NCBI GenBank assembly: GCA_013816485.1 | Contig: JACDEI010000021.1 | Location: 3,802-67,801 of the forward strand | Length of the DNA: 64,000 bases | Reading direction: 5' to 3' | From: Planctomycetota bacterium | Lineage (GTDB): Bacteria > Planctomycetota > UBA11346 | Part shown: positions 1-9,517 of the stretch, piece after piece | How positions within the stretch are numbered: the first letter of the stretch is position 1 | Layout of the letters: every line of letters starts with the position of its first letter | Translations under genes and position numbers: made by a program | Notes under the pieces: generated by a model | Seen by the model: the letters and a program-made list of their open reading frames with translations, nothing else | Databases searched by the model: none | Told to the model about the DNA's origin: nothing

Positions 1-1
1 C

Positions 2-3000
2 GACATCCTTGAGGTGCCGCTGTCACTGATCGTCGACCAGTTCGTCGACACCGTGCGTTCGTGGCAGGATGCCGACCTCGATGTCGCGGGTGAGTTCATC
101 CTGATGGCGGCCACGCTGCTGGAGTTCAAGGCCCGCACCATCGCACCACCGCTCGAAGTTGCGGAGGAAGGGGCCGAGGACGAGCCGATGTTCGACCCGC
201 GCGAGTCGCTGCTGCGCTCGCTGCTGGCCTACCGGCGTTTCAAGGAGGCGGCGCAAGGCCTCGGCGACCTGGAGGTGGCGCGCCGGCCGCTGCTCGAACG
301 CCAGTTCCGCGAACACGTCCCCGAAGCCCCGCCGGAGGACAGCGACATCGATCTGGGCGAGATCGACCTCAGCCTGCTCGCCACCACCTGCGAACGCATC
401 CTCTCACGCATCGGCGGTCTCGCTCCACGCACCGTGATGGCCGATGAGATGCCGCTGGGGGTACGCATCGTCACCATGCTCGACGAGTTGGCGGTGCGTG
501 AACGCACGACCATCCGCGAACTCCTGAGCGGCAACACCTCGCGCGTGGTGCACATCACCACGGTGATGGCCACGCTCGAACTCGCACGCCAACGTTTCGT
601 CGAGGTCGACCAACCAGAACAGTTCGGTGACATCGCGCTGCGCCTGCGTGCCGCCGAGGAACGCGAACGTGAACCACACTTGCCGCCCCCTGAACCCGAC
701 GGAGCGAAACGCCGGCGTAAGCTGCCACTGGTGACCTTCACCGCGCCAGCATCGCCTGGCGCTTCGCCCAGCGATGACGAGGGCGTCGACGAAGCGCCGG
801 AGGAACCGCACGAGACCGACGAGCAGCGTTTTCTGCGTGACTTGGAGGAGGCCACCCGCGTCAGCGCGGTGCTGGCGATCACCGCCAACGTCGAGGCGAG
901 TTTCACCGCGCACTGGTATACGCTGCATCCCGAATTGAAGCCGGTCGCAGCTCCGCCGTCACCTGCACCCGAGCCGGTGGTAAAGCGGTTCCCGCCGCGG
1001 CGCACCACACCACCCGCAGTGGCACCGGCGAACGAGGTGCCCGCGGCACCCGTGACGGAATCCCCAGCGACGACCACCGAGGACGCCGTTTCAGTCGTAG
1101 CGGTCGACAGCGCGCCGGCTGAGGCTGAGGTCATACCGGCCGCGATCGCAGCAGCAGACGCCGAAACGTCGGTGATTGCCGAGTCTCCTGCGGTCTTCGT
1201 ATCTGTCGTCGACACGCTGCCTCCCGCACCGGAACCAATCGCAGAGCGTGCGCAGCCGGTGGAATCGCCGACGGCGGAACCGTCTGCCGACGTACCGTCC
1301 GCCGCTCCCGCGCAGTCGCCGGCCAGCGAAACGCCTACCGTCACGACCACGAACGAAGCGCCTGTCGTTCCTGCGCAACACGTGCTCCCGGTCGAGGAAT
1401 GGCCGGTGATGCATGCGATGCCCGCAGCGGAAGAAGCGCCACATCCGCTCGACACCATCGCCAGCGACGATCCGGCGGCGGTCAACGCCCTGCTGAGTGG
1501 TCAGGCACCACGTGCGGGCCAGAACATCGACGACGAGGAAGAAGAGGAAGAAGAGGAAGAAGAAGATGAGATCGATCCCGACGAACTCCTCGGCGACGAT
1601 CCGGCACTGGTGAACGCCGCGATCCAGGCTGACCGTCAGCGTCCGCCGGTCGAACCCCGGGCGGTGTCGGAGATCACCATCCCAACGGCGACCGAGACCT
1701 CGGTCTGGACCGCACCGTTTGATCGCGGGCAGACCGTCGCGGATGTCGATGACGACGTGGTCACGCCGTCGAGTGAGCAATCCGCGCCGGTAGTCGCCGA
1801 CGGGCCTGATGTTGTTGTGGCTGCGTCGGCGGTCAGTGAGCCGCCAACGGCTGCATCGGTCACAGCGGAAGTGGTTGCGCCGTCACTCAACGTGGAAGCA
1901 GTTGCGCCCGCTGCTGTCCATCTCGTCGAACCGACGCCCACCACCGCGCCGTTGATCCTGCCAGCAGCGGCCGCTGTTCCCGCTGCCGTGCCAGGGTTGA
2001 CGCAGATCGACGATGACCTGGAACCGGATGACCAGGACGACCGTGCGGAAGGGCTGAACGCGAACGATCCGGCACTGGTTGATGCTGCGCATCAGGCGGA
2101 CACGCCACGTGCCTCCATTAATTTGCATCCAGTTCACGACCTCACCATTCCGACCGCGACCGAAACCACGGTGTGGACTGCACCGGTTGATCGCGGGCAG
2201 ACGGCGGCGGAGGTCGACGAGGAGGCCGACGAGGCGGCCGACGAGGAGATTGAAAAAGAGGCCGAGCTGCCTGCGGAAGTCGCGACGCACAACGCGCTGG
2301 ACGTGGCCGAGGTCACCGCGGCGAGTGCGCCCATCACCCCGCCGGTAGCCGAGGCGATCTTTGTTATCGTAGCACCGGAGGTCGCGGTTCCCGCGTCGAC
2401 GTCTGCAGTCAGCGTCCCGTCCTTCAGTGATCCCACACCCACCACCGCACCGCTGGTCCTGCCAGAACGCGTGGCGGAAACCGCCATGGCGATCGTGCCG
2501 GTCACGGTGGAGATCGTGACCTCCGCGCCGGTGGTGACACCGGTCGCACCGGTCGAGGACCACGCCGTCGCCGAGGATCCACCACCGCCGGAAGACGGAC
2601 CACCACCGGCAGCTCCACCCGTGCCGCCGCCCGTGCCGCCGCCCGTGCCGCCGCCACCGCGCTCCGAATCACCGCTCCCCGCACCCACCACCACCCCGAT
2701 CACCAACCGCCCAATGTCCCCACCACCCCGTTCCAAAGCCTGGCTGCTGCTCGCGATTTTCATCGCGAGCAATGCCATCTGGGCTGGCGTGACGTGGTTG
2801 ACCTGGGTGCCACGCGATGTGCTCGAAGTCGCAGTCACCGAACGCGGCGGCACGACCGAGCACCCCACGCTGGTGTGGCGTTTCAACCTCGATGTGGTCG
2901 ATGCCGAGCGTCAGGCCAGACCGCCGGAACTGGTGCCGCACCTCACGCCGCCACTGCCTGGACGTTGGTCGTGGAGTGGACCACGCACGCTGGTGTTCGA

Positions 3001-4393
3001 AGCCGCAAGTCCGCTGCCACTCGCCACCACCTTCACCGCCACCTTACCGATGGAAGAGTTCCGCACAGTGCAGGGTTTCCGTCTACATGCCCCTGGGGCC
3101 CAGACGTGGAGCACGCCAGCCTTAGCGATCTCCGGCGCAGCGGTCGAAACCTTCGATCGTGATGGCACCACCATCGCGCTGACCTTCAATCAACCGGTCG
3201 ATCCGCTCGCCATCGCGCAGGAGTTGTCGGTCGAGATCATTCCCGCTGAAGTCTCGCTAGTGGTCACTCCATCCGCGGACGCGTCCGCAGTCGCCGTTGT
3301 GCCAACGACGGCGGTCAGCAGCGAACCAGTGGTGAGCACCGACCAGCCAGCAGCTAGCGGTGAATCAGCCAACGGTTTGCCAGCGATCATTACCGACTCG
3401 GCAGTCGCCAGTGACCAGCAGCCCAACGAGTCCGCCGTCAGCAACGACCAGCCAGTCGCCACACCAGTCACCAAGCCAGTCACCACACCAGTCACCAAGC
3501 CAGTCACCACACCAGTCACCAAGCCAGCCGTGGTCCGCGCCATCACCACCGGTTCGGCCACAACGATACGACTGTTGCTCGCTGCGCCCGTGCGTGGCAG
3601 TGCGATGTTACGTCTGCCCGCTGGCACGATTGGCGTCGCCGGTCCGCTCGGGTTGGATAAGGCTTGGGAACAACGCGTGCCGCTGCAACAGACCTTGCAC
3701 CTGACCCAGGGCGAGGTGGTGGTGCCGAGTCACGGCGATGTACGCGTCGACGTGGCGGTGAGCGATCCCGCCGCGCCGCGTGAACTGCTCGCGCCGGTGG
3801 TGAGCGTCGATCCGGCAGTGCCAGTGACCGTCAGCACGACTGATACCGGCTTATCGTTGGTTGGAGCCTTCGTGCCCGGCCAAAGCTACCGCATCGCCAT
3901 TGCCGCCACGTGGCCGGATGAGCCGAGCACCAGCGGCCATGTGCTCACAGCCTACACCGCCGCCAGCACGGTCAGCATCACCATCCCGGAGCGTCCAGCG
4001 GGTATCTGGCCGGTGGAGAACGAAGTGATCGATGGCACTCAGCGTCTGGCGGCGCACGCCGTGCCACGCGCGGATGTGATGCTGCTCACCGGCAGCGATG
4101 ATGAGTGTGTCGCCAGTCGCGAGATCACCTGGACCAGCCCTGGCGATGCGCCGGCGTTGCTCGATCTCGATGACCTGACGCAGGATCAACCGGCGGCGCA
4201 GTACCGACTGCGGGTCACCAGCGGTGGTGAGATGCCCGTCACCAGTGATCAGTCGCTGGTGATCGAAAATCTGCACGTCCGTCCGCAGGCGCTGTTCGCC
4301 GCGCTCAGCGACTGGGCGCTCGCCGCCCTCGCCGGCAACGAAGCGGCTGATGTGCCGGTGCGCATGGTGCGCATGGCCAGCGCCAGTCGTTAG
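2..4393 (+). CDS. scpA: ScpA (SMC kleisin) N-terminal domain fused to a long Pro/Ala/Glu/Thr-rich linker, a TM helix and alpha-2-macroglobulin-like Ig domains; 5' end outside window
   Basis: DILEVPLSLIVDQF...AGEFILMAATLLEFKAR...DPRESLLRSLLAYRRFKEAA and VMATLELARQRFVEVDQPEQFGDI match ScpA; frame is open from base 2; hydrophobic WLLLAIFIASNAIWAGVTWLTW at about 2741-2806; PPLPGRWSWSGPRTLVF resembles bacterial A2M N-terminal domains. Confidence 0.8.
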   Translation, partial: DILEVPLSLIVDQFVDTVRSWQDADLDVAGEFILMAATLLEFKARTIAPPLEVAEEGAEDEPMFDPRESLLRSLLAYRRFKEAAQGLGDLEVARRPLLERQFREHVPEAPPEDSDIDLGEIDLSLLATTCERILSRIGGLAPRTVMADEMPLGVRIVTMLDELAVRERTTIRELLSGNTSRVVHITTVMATLELARQRFVEVDQPEQFGDIALRLRAAEEREREPHLPPPEPDGAKRRRKLPLVTFTAPASPGASPSDDEGVDEAPEEPHETDEQRFLRDLEEATRVSAVLAITANVEASFTAHWYTLHPELKPVAAPPSPAPEPVVKRFPPRRTTPPAVAPANEVPAAPVTESPATTTEDAVSVVAVDSAPAEAEVIPAAIAAADAETSVIAESPAVFVSVVDTLPPAPEPIAERAQPVESPTAEPSADVPSAAPAQSPASETPTVTTTNEAPVVPAQHVLPVEEWPVMHAMPAAEEAPHPLDTIASDDPAAVNALLSGQAPRAGQNIDDEEEEEEEEEEDEIDPDELLGDDPALVNAAIQADRQRPPVEPRAVSEITIPTATETSVWTAPFDRGQTVADVDDDVVTPSSEQSAPVVADGPDVVVAASAVSEPPTAASVTAEVVAPSLNVEAVAPAAVHLVEPTPTTAPLILPAAAAVPAAVPGLTQIDDDLEPDDQDDRAEGLNANDPALVDAAHQADTPRASINLHPVHDLTIPTATETTVWTAPVDRGQTAAEVDEEADEAADEEIEKEAELPAEVATHNALDVAEVTAASAPITPPVAEAIFVIVAPEVAVPASTSAVSVPSFSDPTPTTAPLVLPERVAETAMAIVPVTVEIVTSAPVVTPVAPVEDHAVAEDPPPPEDGPPPAAPPVPPPVPPPVPPPPRSESPLPAPTTTPITNRPMSPPPRSKAWLLLAIFIASNAIWAGVTWLTWVPRDVLEVAVTERGGTTEHPTLVWRFNLDVVDAERQARPPELVPHLTPPLPGRWSWSGPRTLVFEAASPLPLATTFTATLPMEEFRTVQGFRLHAPGAQTWSTPALAISGAAVETFDRDGTTIALTFNQPVDPLAIAQELSVEIIPAEVSLVVTPSADASAVAVVPTTAVSSEPVVSTDQPAASGESANGLPAIITDSAVASDQQPNESAVSNDQPVATPVTKPVTTPVTKPVTTPVTKPAVVRAITTGSATTIRLLLAAPVRGSAMLRLPAGTIGVAGPLGLDKAWEQRVPLQQTLHLTQGEVVVPSHGDVRVDVAVSDPAAPRELLAPVVSVDPAVPVTVSTTDTGLSLVGAFVPGQSYRIAIAATWPDEPSTSGHVLTAYTAASTVSITIPERPAGIWPVENEVIDGTQRLAAHAVPRADVMLLTGSDDECVASREITWTSPGDAPALLDLDDLTQDQPAAQYRLRVTSGGEMPVTSDQSLVIENLHVRPQALFAALSDWALAALAGNEAADVPVRMVRMASASR
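3452..3528 (+). repeat. In-frame 24-bp tandem repeat (PVTKPVTT, about 3 copies)
   Basis: ccagtcaccaagccagtcaccaca repeated. Confidence 0.9.
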
Positions 4394-5430
4394 ATGGTTT
4401 TTTTCGGCTTCCGCGGTCCCGCCGACCCGGTCGGCAAGGGCACCAGATCCGCGCCAGCGATCTCGCCGCGCGCGATCTGGAAATGTCCCAGCGCCGCGAC
4501 CATAGCCGCGTTGTCAGCGCAGTGTTTCGTTGCCGGCAGGTAGAGTTCGAGGCCGGCCATCGCCGCGTCGCGTGCGACCCGCGCCCGCAGGGCACGGTTG
4601 CACGCCACCCCACCGCCGACCGCGATCGCGCGCACGCCACGTTGGCGCGCGGCGAGCAGCAGCTTGGTCGCGAGGCAGTCGACCACCGCGGTCTGGAACG
4701 CCGCGCACGCATCGTCGATGCCACGTGCATCGAGCCGCAGGGGATCCTTGCCCAGCGGCCCACGTGCCTGGTAGAGCAGCGCGGTCTTGATGCCGGCGAA
4801 GCTTAGGCGCAGCGTGTCATCATTCAGGAAGCTGCGCGGCAACGTCATCGCAGCGGCATTGCCACGAGCCGCGCGTGCGTCGATCTGCGGCCCGCCGGGA
4901 TAACCAAGCCCGAGGGTTGCCGCCGCCTTGTCGAAGGCCTCGCCCGCCGCGTCGTCGATGGTGCCGCCGATCGGCTGGAAACGGCCGGGGGCCTCGCCTA
5001 GGTAGAAATGACTGTGCCCGCCCGATGCCACCAGACCTACCAGCGGATACATCACCGCCGCGCGGTCGAGGTGGATCGCCGCGAGGTGTGCCTGGATGTG
5101 ATCGACCGCGGCGAGCGGCAGGCCGCGCCGTTGCGCGATGACCTTGGCCGCGGTGACCCCGGTCAGCAGGCTGCCGATGAGTCCCGGCCACGCACCCACC
5201 GCCACGCCACCGAGCGCATCGAGCGTGACGCCGGCCTGGATGAGCACCCGTTCGATCAGCCCGGGCAGCGAGGCGACGTGTCCGCGTGCAGCCAGTTCCG
5301 GCACCACACCGCCCCAGGCGGCGAAATCGTCGGCCTGCGAAGCGATGACCTCGGCGAGCACGGTGGTGCCGTCGCGCACCAGGGCGACCGCGGTCTCATC
5401 GCAACTGCTTTCGATACCGAGCACCAGCAT
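4390..5430 (-). CDS. tsaD: tRNA N6-adenosine threonylcarbamoyltransferase TsaD
   Basis: MLVLGIESSCDETA, GGVVPELAARGH, HIQAH, SGGHS, DDAAGEAFDK, GGVACN and DNAAMVA motifs; start reassigned to ATG 5430. Confidence 0.97.
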   Translation of the reverse strand: MLVLGIESSCDETAVALVRDGTTVLAEVIASQADDFAAWGGVVPELAARGHVASLPGLIERVLIQAGVTLDALGGVAVGAWPGLIGSLLTGVTAAKVIAQRRGLPLAAVDHIQAHLAAIHLDRAAVMYPLVGLVASGGHSHFYLGEAPGRFQPIGGTIDDAAGEAFDKAAATLGLGYPGGPQIDARAARGNAAAMTLPRSFLNDDTLRLSFAGIKTALLYQARGPLGKDPLRLDARGIDDACAAFQTAVVDCLATKLLLAARQRGVRAIAVGGGVACNRALRARVARDAAMAGLELYLPATKHCADNAAMVAALGHFQIARGEIAGADLVPLPTGSAGPRKPKKTI

Positions 5431-5640
5431 GGGCCGGCAGCGTGCGGTGGGGCCCGGTCTGACAAGCCATGTCCTGCGTGCCACGCGCCTGGGCGAGGAA
5501 CCCTGGACATAGCGGGCGAGCCGACGCTCCCAGCCTTGCGGCTGAGTGGTCGTTGGGGTACGTTCCAGTGCGACCACGGGGGCCCGCGTCATGAGCATCG
5601 GTAGTACGGTCGACAACCTTCCGGCATCCAGCGTTGCACC

Positions 5641-6579
5641 GTGCCCAGGGCTTCTGGGCGTGAGCGGCAGGCAGATCCAGTGAATCCCGTGCCCGGCGAT
5701 CCGCTACCCGACCAGCCGGCAACGGGCGCGCCCGGCTCGATCAGCGAGTTGTTGGCCGCCGCAACTTCGCCCGCAACTTCGTCCGCAGCCTTCGATGCCG
5801 GCTTCATCCACCGCGAACGCATGGCCGGCCTGGGTGAACTGACCGCCGGCATCGCCCACGAACTGAACAACCCCATCGGTTACATCGGTAGCAATCTCAA
5901 CACCCTGCGGCGTTACGTCGAAACGGTGTCGGCGCTCATGGCGCAGGCCCAGGCGTTCATGGAGCCAGCGCAACGCGGCGCCTGGGAACAGGCGCTGGAC
6001 GCCGCGCGTTGGCCGATCATCGGCAAGGATCTGGTGGCGGTGGTCGATGAGACGCAGCAGGGCGCCGAACAGGTGAGGAACATCGTCGGCGATCTCAAAC
6101 TGCTGGCGCGTACCTCGATCACGCCAGAGCAGGGTAGCGTCGATCAGTGCGTGTTGTCGGCGCTCACGGTGTTGACGCACCAACTCAAACACCGCTGTCA
6201 CGTCGAACGCGATCTCGCCAGTCGCGACGGTCTGCTGCTGGTGCGCCCGCAGATCATCCAACTGGTGATCAACCTGGTGCACAACGCGGGGCAGGCGGTG
6301 GCGTCCGGCGGACATGTTCGTCTGACCAGCCGCAGCCAGGAGAGTCTGGTGACACTCACCATCGAGGACGACGGGCCAGGGGTCCCCGAACATCAGCGGC
6401 TGGAGATCTTCCAGCCGTTCTACACCAGCAAGAAAGGTGGCACCGGACTGGGATTGCCGATCGTCGCGCGCATTGCGCGCAACCACGGCGGCGATGTGCG
6501 GATCGACCGCAGCCCCGACCTGGGTGGTGCGCGTTTCATCGTCGAATTGCGGCACTGGCAAGGAGCGGGAGTCGCGTGA
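5641..6579 (+). CDS. Cytoplasmic histidine kinase (HisKA + HATPase_c) with no sensor or TM domain
   Basis: AGIAHELNNP H-box, NLVHNA N-box, DDGPG, FYTSK, GTGLGL; start uncertain (5641 or 5680). Confidence 0.92.
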   Translation: MPRASGRERQADPVNPVPGDPLPDQPATGAPGSISELLAAATSPATSSAAFDAGFIHRERMAGLGELTAGIAHELNNPIGYIGSNLNTLRRYVETVSALMAQAQAFMEPAQRGAWEQALDAARWPIIGKDLVAVVDETQQGAEQVRNIVGDLKLLARTSITPEQGSVDQCVLSALTVLTHQLKHRCHVERDLASRDGLLLVRPQIIQLVINLVHNAGQAVASGGHVRLTSRSQESLVTLTIEDDGPGVPEHQRLEIFQPFYTSKKGGTGLGLPIVARIARNHGGDVRIDRSPDLGGARFIVELRHWQGAGVA

Positions 6580-7439
6580 CGGACCCGCGCGTGCGCATCC
6601 TGATGGTGGATGATGAATCGCCGATCCTGCGCTCGCTCGCACGGTTGTTCGCCTTCGAGCCGTGGGAGCTGGTAAGCGCGACCAGCGCGGCCGAAGCCCG
6701 AACGCTGCTCGGCGAAGGTGGGATTTCAGTGATCCTCAGCGATTACGCCCTGGCCTACGACGACGGGGTCGAACTGCTGCGCACGGCCAGTCAGCTCAGC
6801 CCGGACACCAGCCGCATCCTCTTCAGCGGTCACATCGACATCGATCTGCTACGCCGTGCGGTCAACAGCGGCGAGGTCTACCGCTTCCTGACCAAGCCGT
6901 GGAGTGATGACGAACTGCTGCAAGCCGTGCGTCAGGGCGTCGAGCGCTGGAACCTGTTGCAGCACAACCGGGTGCTCATCGAACACGCCGAGGAACACCA
7001 CCGTCAGCTCAGCCGCTTCAATGCCGACCTCGAACGCCTGGTGGGTGAACGCACCGCCCTGCTCGAACTGCGCAACCGCACCCTCGGTCTGAGCCAGGCG
7101 GTACTCGACGGTCTGCCGGTGGCGGTGGTCGGTGTCGCGGCTGATGGCACGGTGGTGTTGGCCAACGAACTGGCACGTCGGATCTTCCCAGAGCAGTTTT
7201 CCGGGACGCAATCGCCATCGTCGAACACGCCGGCACCGTGGTGGGAATGGTCGCGTGAAGCGCTCGCCCACGGCAACGCGCTGGTGGTCGACGGTTCACT
7301 CGGACAGTTCCGCATCGAGGTCATGGCACTTGGTGAACGCGGCATGGTGATGACGGTGATCCCGCTTGGCACGATGCCGGGCGCGCCGTCCAGCACTCCG
7401 CTCGACCGCGATCACGCCCCGCACGGAAGCGCCACGTGA
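6576..7439 (+). CDS. Response regulator: REC + coiled coil + degenerate PAS-like domain
   Basis: ILMVDDE, ILSDY, FLTKPW; GTGA overlap with the upstream stop; LPVAVVGVAADGTVVLAN is a PAS-like start. Confidence 0.88.
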   Translation: MTDPRVRILMVDDESPILRSLARLFAFEPWELVSATSAAEARTLLGEGGISVILSDYALAYDDGVELLRTASQLSPDTSRILFSGHIDIDLLRRAVNSGEVYRFLTKPWSDDELLQAVRQGVERWNLLQHNRVLIEHAEEHHRQLSRFNADLERLVGERTALLELRNRTLGLSQAVLDGLPVAVVGVAADGTVVLANELARRIFPEQFSGTQSPSSNTPAPWWEWSREALAHGNALVVDGSLGQFRIEVMALGERGMVMTVIPLGTMPGAPSSTPLDRDHAPHGSAT

Positions 7440-9037
7440 ATCTTCCCATCGGCATTGTCTTGGTGGTCGACGACGACCCCAATGTGCTCAAGGCTCTCGG
7501 ACGTTTAGACCTCGGGCGGCAGTTCACACTGCGGTTGTGCGCGTCGCGGGCGGAGGCCGAGCAGGTCATCGACAAGGAGGAGATCGAAGTCGCGCTGATC
7601 GATCAGCACCTGGGTGCGGGCCAGCCCACCGGCCTTGATCTGCTGGGGTATCTGCGCCAACGCGACAGCGACTGCTTCCGCATCATCTTCACCGGCGCGG
7701 TGGATCTCGACTTCGCGGTGTCGGCGATCAACCAGGGCCTGATCGACGCCTTCCTGGTCAAACCGTGGACCAGCGAGCATCTCATCTCGTTGCTCAACCA
7801 GGGTTGTGAGACCGCGCTGCTGCGACGGCACAACCGCCAGCTCATGCGCGAGATCGCGGGCCGCAACGCCGCGCTCGAACATCTTAACCGCCAGCTCGAA
7901 GGCATGGTCGAAGCGCGCACCGCCAGCCTGCGCGAGACGCTCGATCAGCTCCGGCAGCATCAGGTCGACATGGTGCGTCTGGAAACCCAGGCGACGGTGT
8001 CGCAGATCGCGCGCGGTCTGGCACATGAGCTGAACAATCCGTTGGCTGCGATCATGGGCTACAGCCAACGGCTCAGACGCCGGCTCGGCAGCGACCTGGA
8101 CACCGTCCAACGCCTGGACGTGATCCTCAAAGAGGTCGACCGCTGTCGCGGTTTGGTAGAACAGTTGCGCAACCTCGCCGCGCCGCTCGATGAAGCGGTG
8201 CGGCCATGCGATCCGCTGGCGGTCATCGATACCGCGACCAAACGCCTGCAAAGCACCGGTCTGACCGTGCCCGAGATCCAGGTGCAGGGGGTGGTGCCGC
8301 TGGTGCTGGCCGGTCCGCGGTCGCTCACGCGCGTCTTCGAACAGGTGCTCGACAATGCGCGCCTAGCTGGTGCCCGTATCTGCACGGTATCCGCCACCAG
8401 CAGCGAAGGCCGCGTGCGGCTGCTACTGACCAACGACGGCGCCACACCCGAGGAGGAGACCACCCACAACGCCACCCGGCCCTTCTTCACCACCCGCGCC
8501 GATTCCGGTCATCGTGGGCTGGGGTTGTCGATGGCGTTGGCGCTGCTGCGTGAACAGGACGGCGCGGTTACCCTCGATCGCCGTGAAGACGGGCAACCCG
8601 GAGCGGTGTGCATCGTGTCATTGCCACTCTCGGGAGCCGGCCCGCTGGTTGTCGCCGAGACTCAGGCGCATCCCGCATCGGGTCAGGTGCTGGTGATCGA
8701 CGACGACCCGATGATCGCCGAACTGCTGAGCGATTACCTGCACGAGGACGGCATCAACGTGCTGGTGGTTTCCACCGCCGAGCAGGCCAAGACCGCCCTC
8801 GCGAACAAACCGATCTGCGCGGTGATCGCCGATTACCACCTGGAGTACGGTTCCGGCATCGACGTGCTGCGGGCGCTCATCGCCCGCCAACCCGGACTCG
8901 CCGGTCACGTGGCGGTGTTCACCGGCGCGAACGACGCTGCGACCCTGGAACGCATCCAGCGCGACACCGGCTTCCCGGTCCTGGCCAAACCGTTCCGCCT
9001 GGAGCAGGTGCAGAAGCTGGTGCGCGAGATCTTGTAA
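7436..9037 (+). CDS. Hybrid kinase REC-HisKA-HATPase-REC
   Basis: VLVVDDD...FLVKPW; GLAHELNNP; PFFTT; GLGLS; C-terminal VLVIDDD...LAKPF. Confidence 0.92.
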   Translation: MNLPIGIVLVVDDDPNVLKALGRLDLGRQFTLRLCASRAEAEQVIDKEEIEVALIDQHLGAGQPTGLDLLGYLRQRDSDCFRIIFTGAVDLDFAVSAINQGLIDAFLVKPWTSEHLISLLNQGCETALLRRHNRQLMREIAGRNAALEHLNRQLEGMVEARTASLRETLDQLRQHQVDMVRLETQATVSQIARGLAHELNNPLAAIMGYSQRLRRRLGSDLDTVQRLDVILKEVDRCRGLVEQLRNLAAPLDEAVRPCDPLAVIDTATKRLQSTGLTVPEIQVQGVVPLVLAGPRSLTRVFEQVLDNARLAGARICTVSATSSEGRVRLLLTNDGATPEEETTHNATRPFFTTRADSGHRGLGLSMALALLREQDGAVTLDRREDGQPGAVCIVSLPLSGAGPLVVAETQAHPASGQVLVIDDDPMIAELLSDYLHEDGINVLVVSTAEQAKTALANKPICAVIADYHLEYGSGIDVLRALIARQPGLAGHVAVFTGANDAATLERIQRDTGFPVLAKPFRLEQVQKLVREIL

Positions 9038-9041
9038 GACA

Positions 9042-9176
9042 GGTCCGGGCGCTTCGCTGGTACGAAGGGTACGAGCGCTTCGCTGTACGAAGGGTCCGAG
9101 CGCTTCGCTGGTACGAAGGGTCCGAGCGCTTCGCTGGTACGAAGGGTCCGTACCCCTCGTACCCCTCGTACCCTTC
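9042..9176. repeat. Four 25-26 bp tandem repeats followed by three inverted 9-mers, between convergent genes
   Basis: GGTCCGAGCGCTTCGCTGGTACGAAG-type unit x4, then GTACCC(C/T)TC x3. Confidence 0.92.
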
Positions 9177-9187
9177 AGACCGTGCCA

Positions 9188-9496
9188 TCACACCGGATCG
9201 AGCACCTGCACGGCGACGTGCTGCACCAGACCTGTGATCCGTTCGCGGTAGGCGAGCATGTGCGCGGCGACCTGATGGGCCTTGAGGCAGGGCACGTCTT
9301 GCCATTGCTCGACCACCACCACCACATCGGGGCGCGCAGAACTGGGGACCGCCAAGCCGGCCGCGCAGTCGACCGTCGGGCCATAGGCCAAGCACCCGCG
9401 CTCCTGCAGGACCAGCGGGACGACCTTGCGGAATTCAACCAGGAAGGCCTCGCGCTTGCTCGGCGTGCAGGTGATGGTGGCGATGACGTGGATCAT
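9188..9496 (-). CDS. Putative quinol monooxygenase (ABM domain)
   Basis: MIHVIATI...ERGCLAY...VVEQW...LKAHQVAAHM, 102 aa. Confidence 0.9.
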   Translation of the reverse strand: MIHVIATITCTPSKREAFLVEFRKVVPLVLQERGCLAYGPTVDCAAGLAVPSSARPDVVVVVEQWQDVPCLKAHQVAAHMLAYRERITGLVQHVAVQVLDPV

Positions 9497-9517
9497 GGGG
9501 TGTTTCCCTCAGAGGGT

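Noticed and set aside
1532-1570. GAA/GAG run as a regulatory microsatellite
   Set aside because: It encodes an in-frame poly-Glu tract in the ScpA linker.
5431-5616. N-terminal extensions in the ORF track (tsaD; also 6147, 9967, 28026, 34813, 44302, 54023, 63986 starts)
   Set aside because: Family motifs begin at downstream starts, which often show stop/start overlaps or an RBS; the extensions run through intergenic DNA or other genes.
9042-9150. CRISPR array
   Set aside because: Repeats are head-to-tail with no unique spacers, and no cas genes are in the window.
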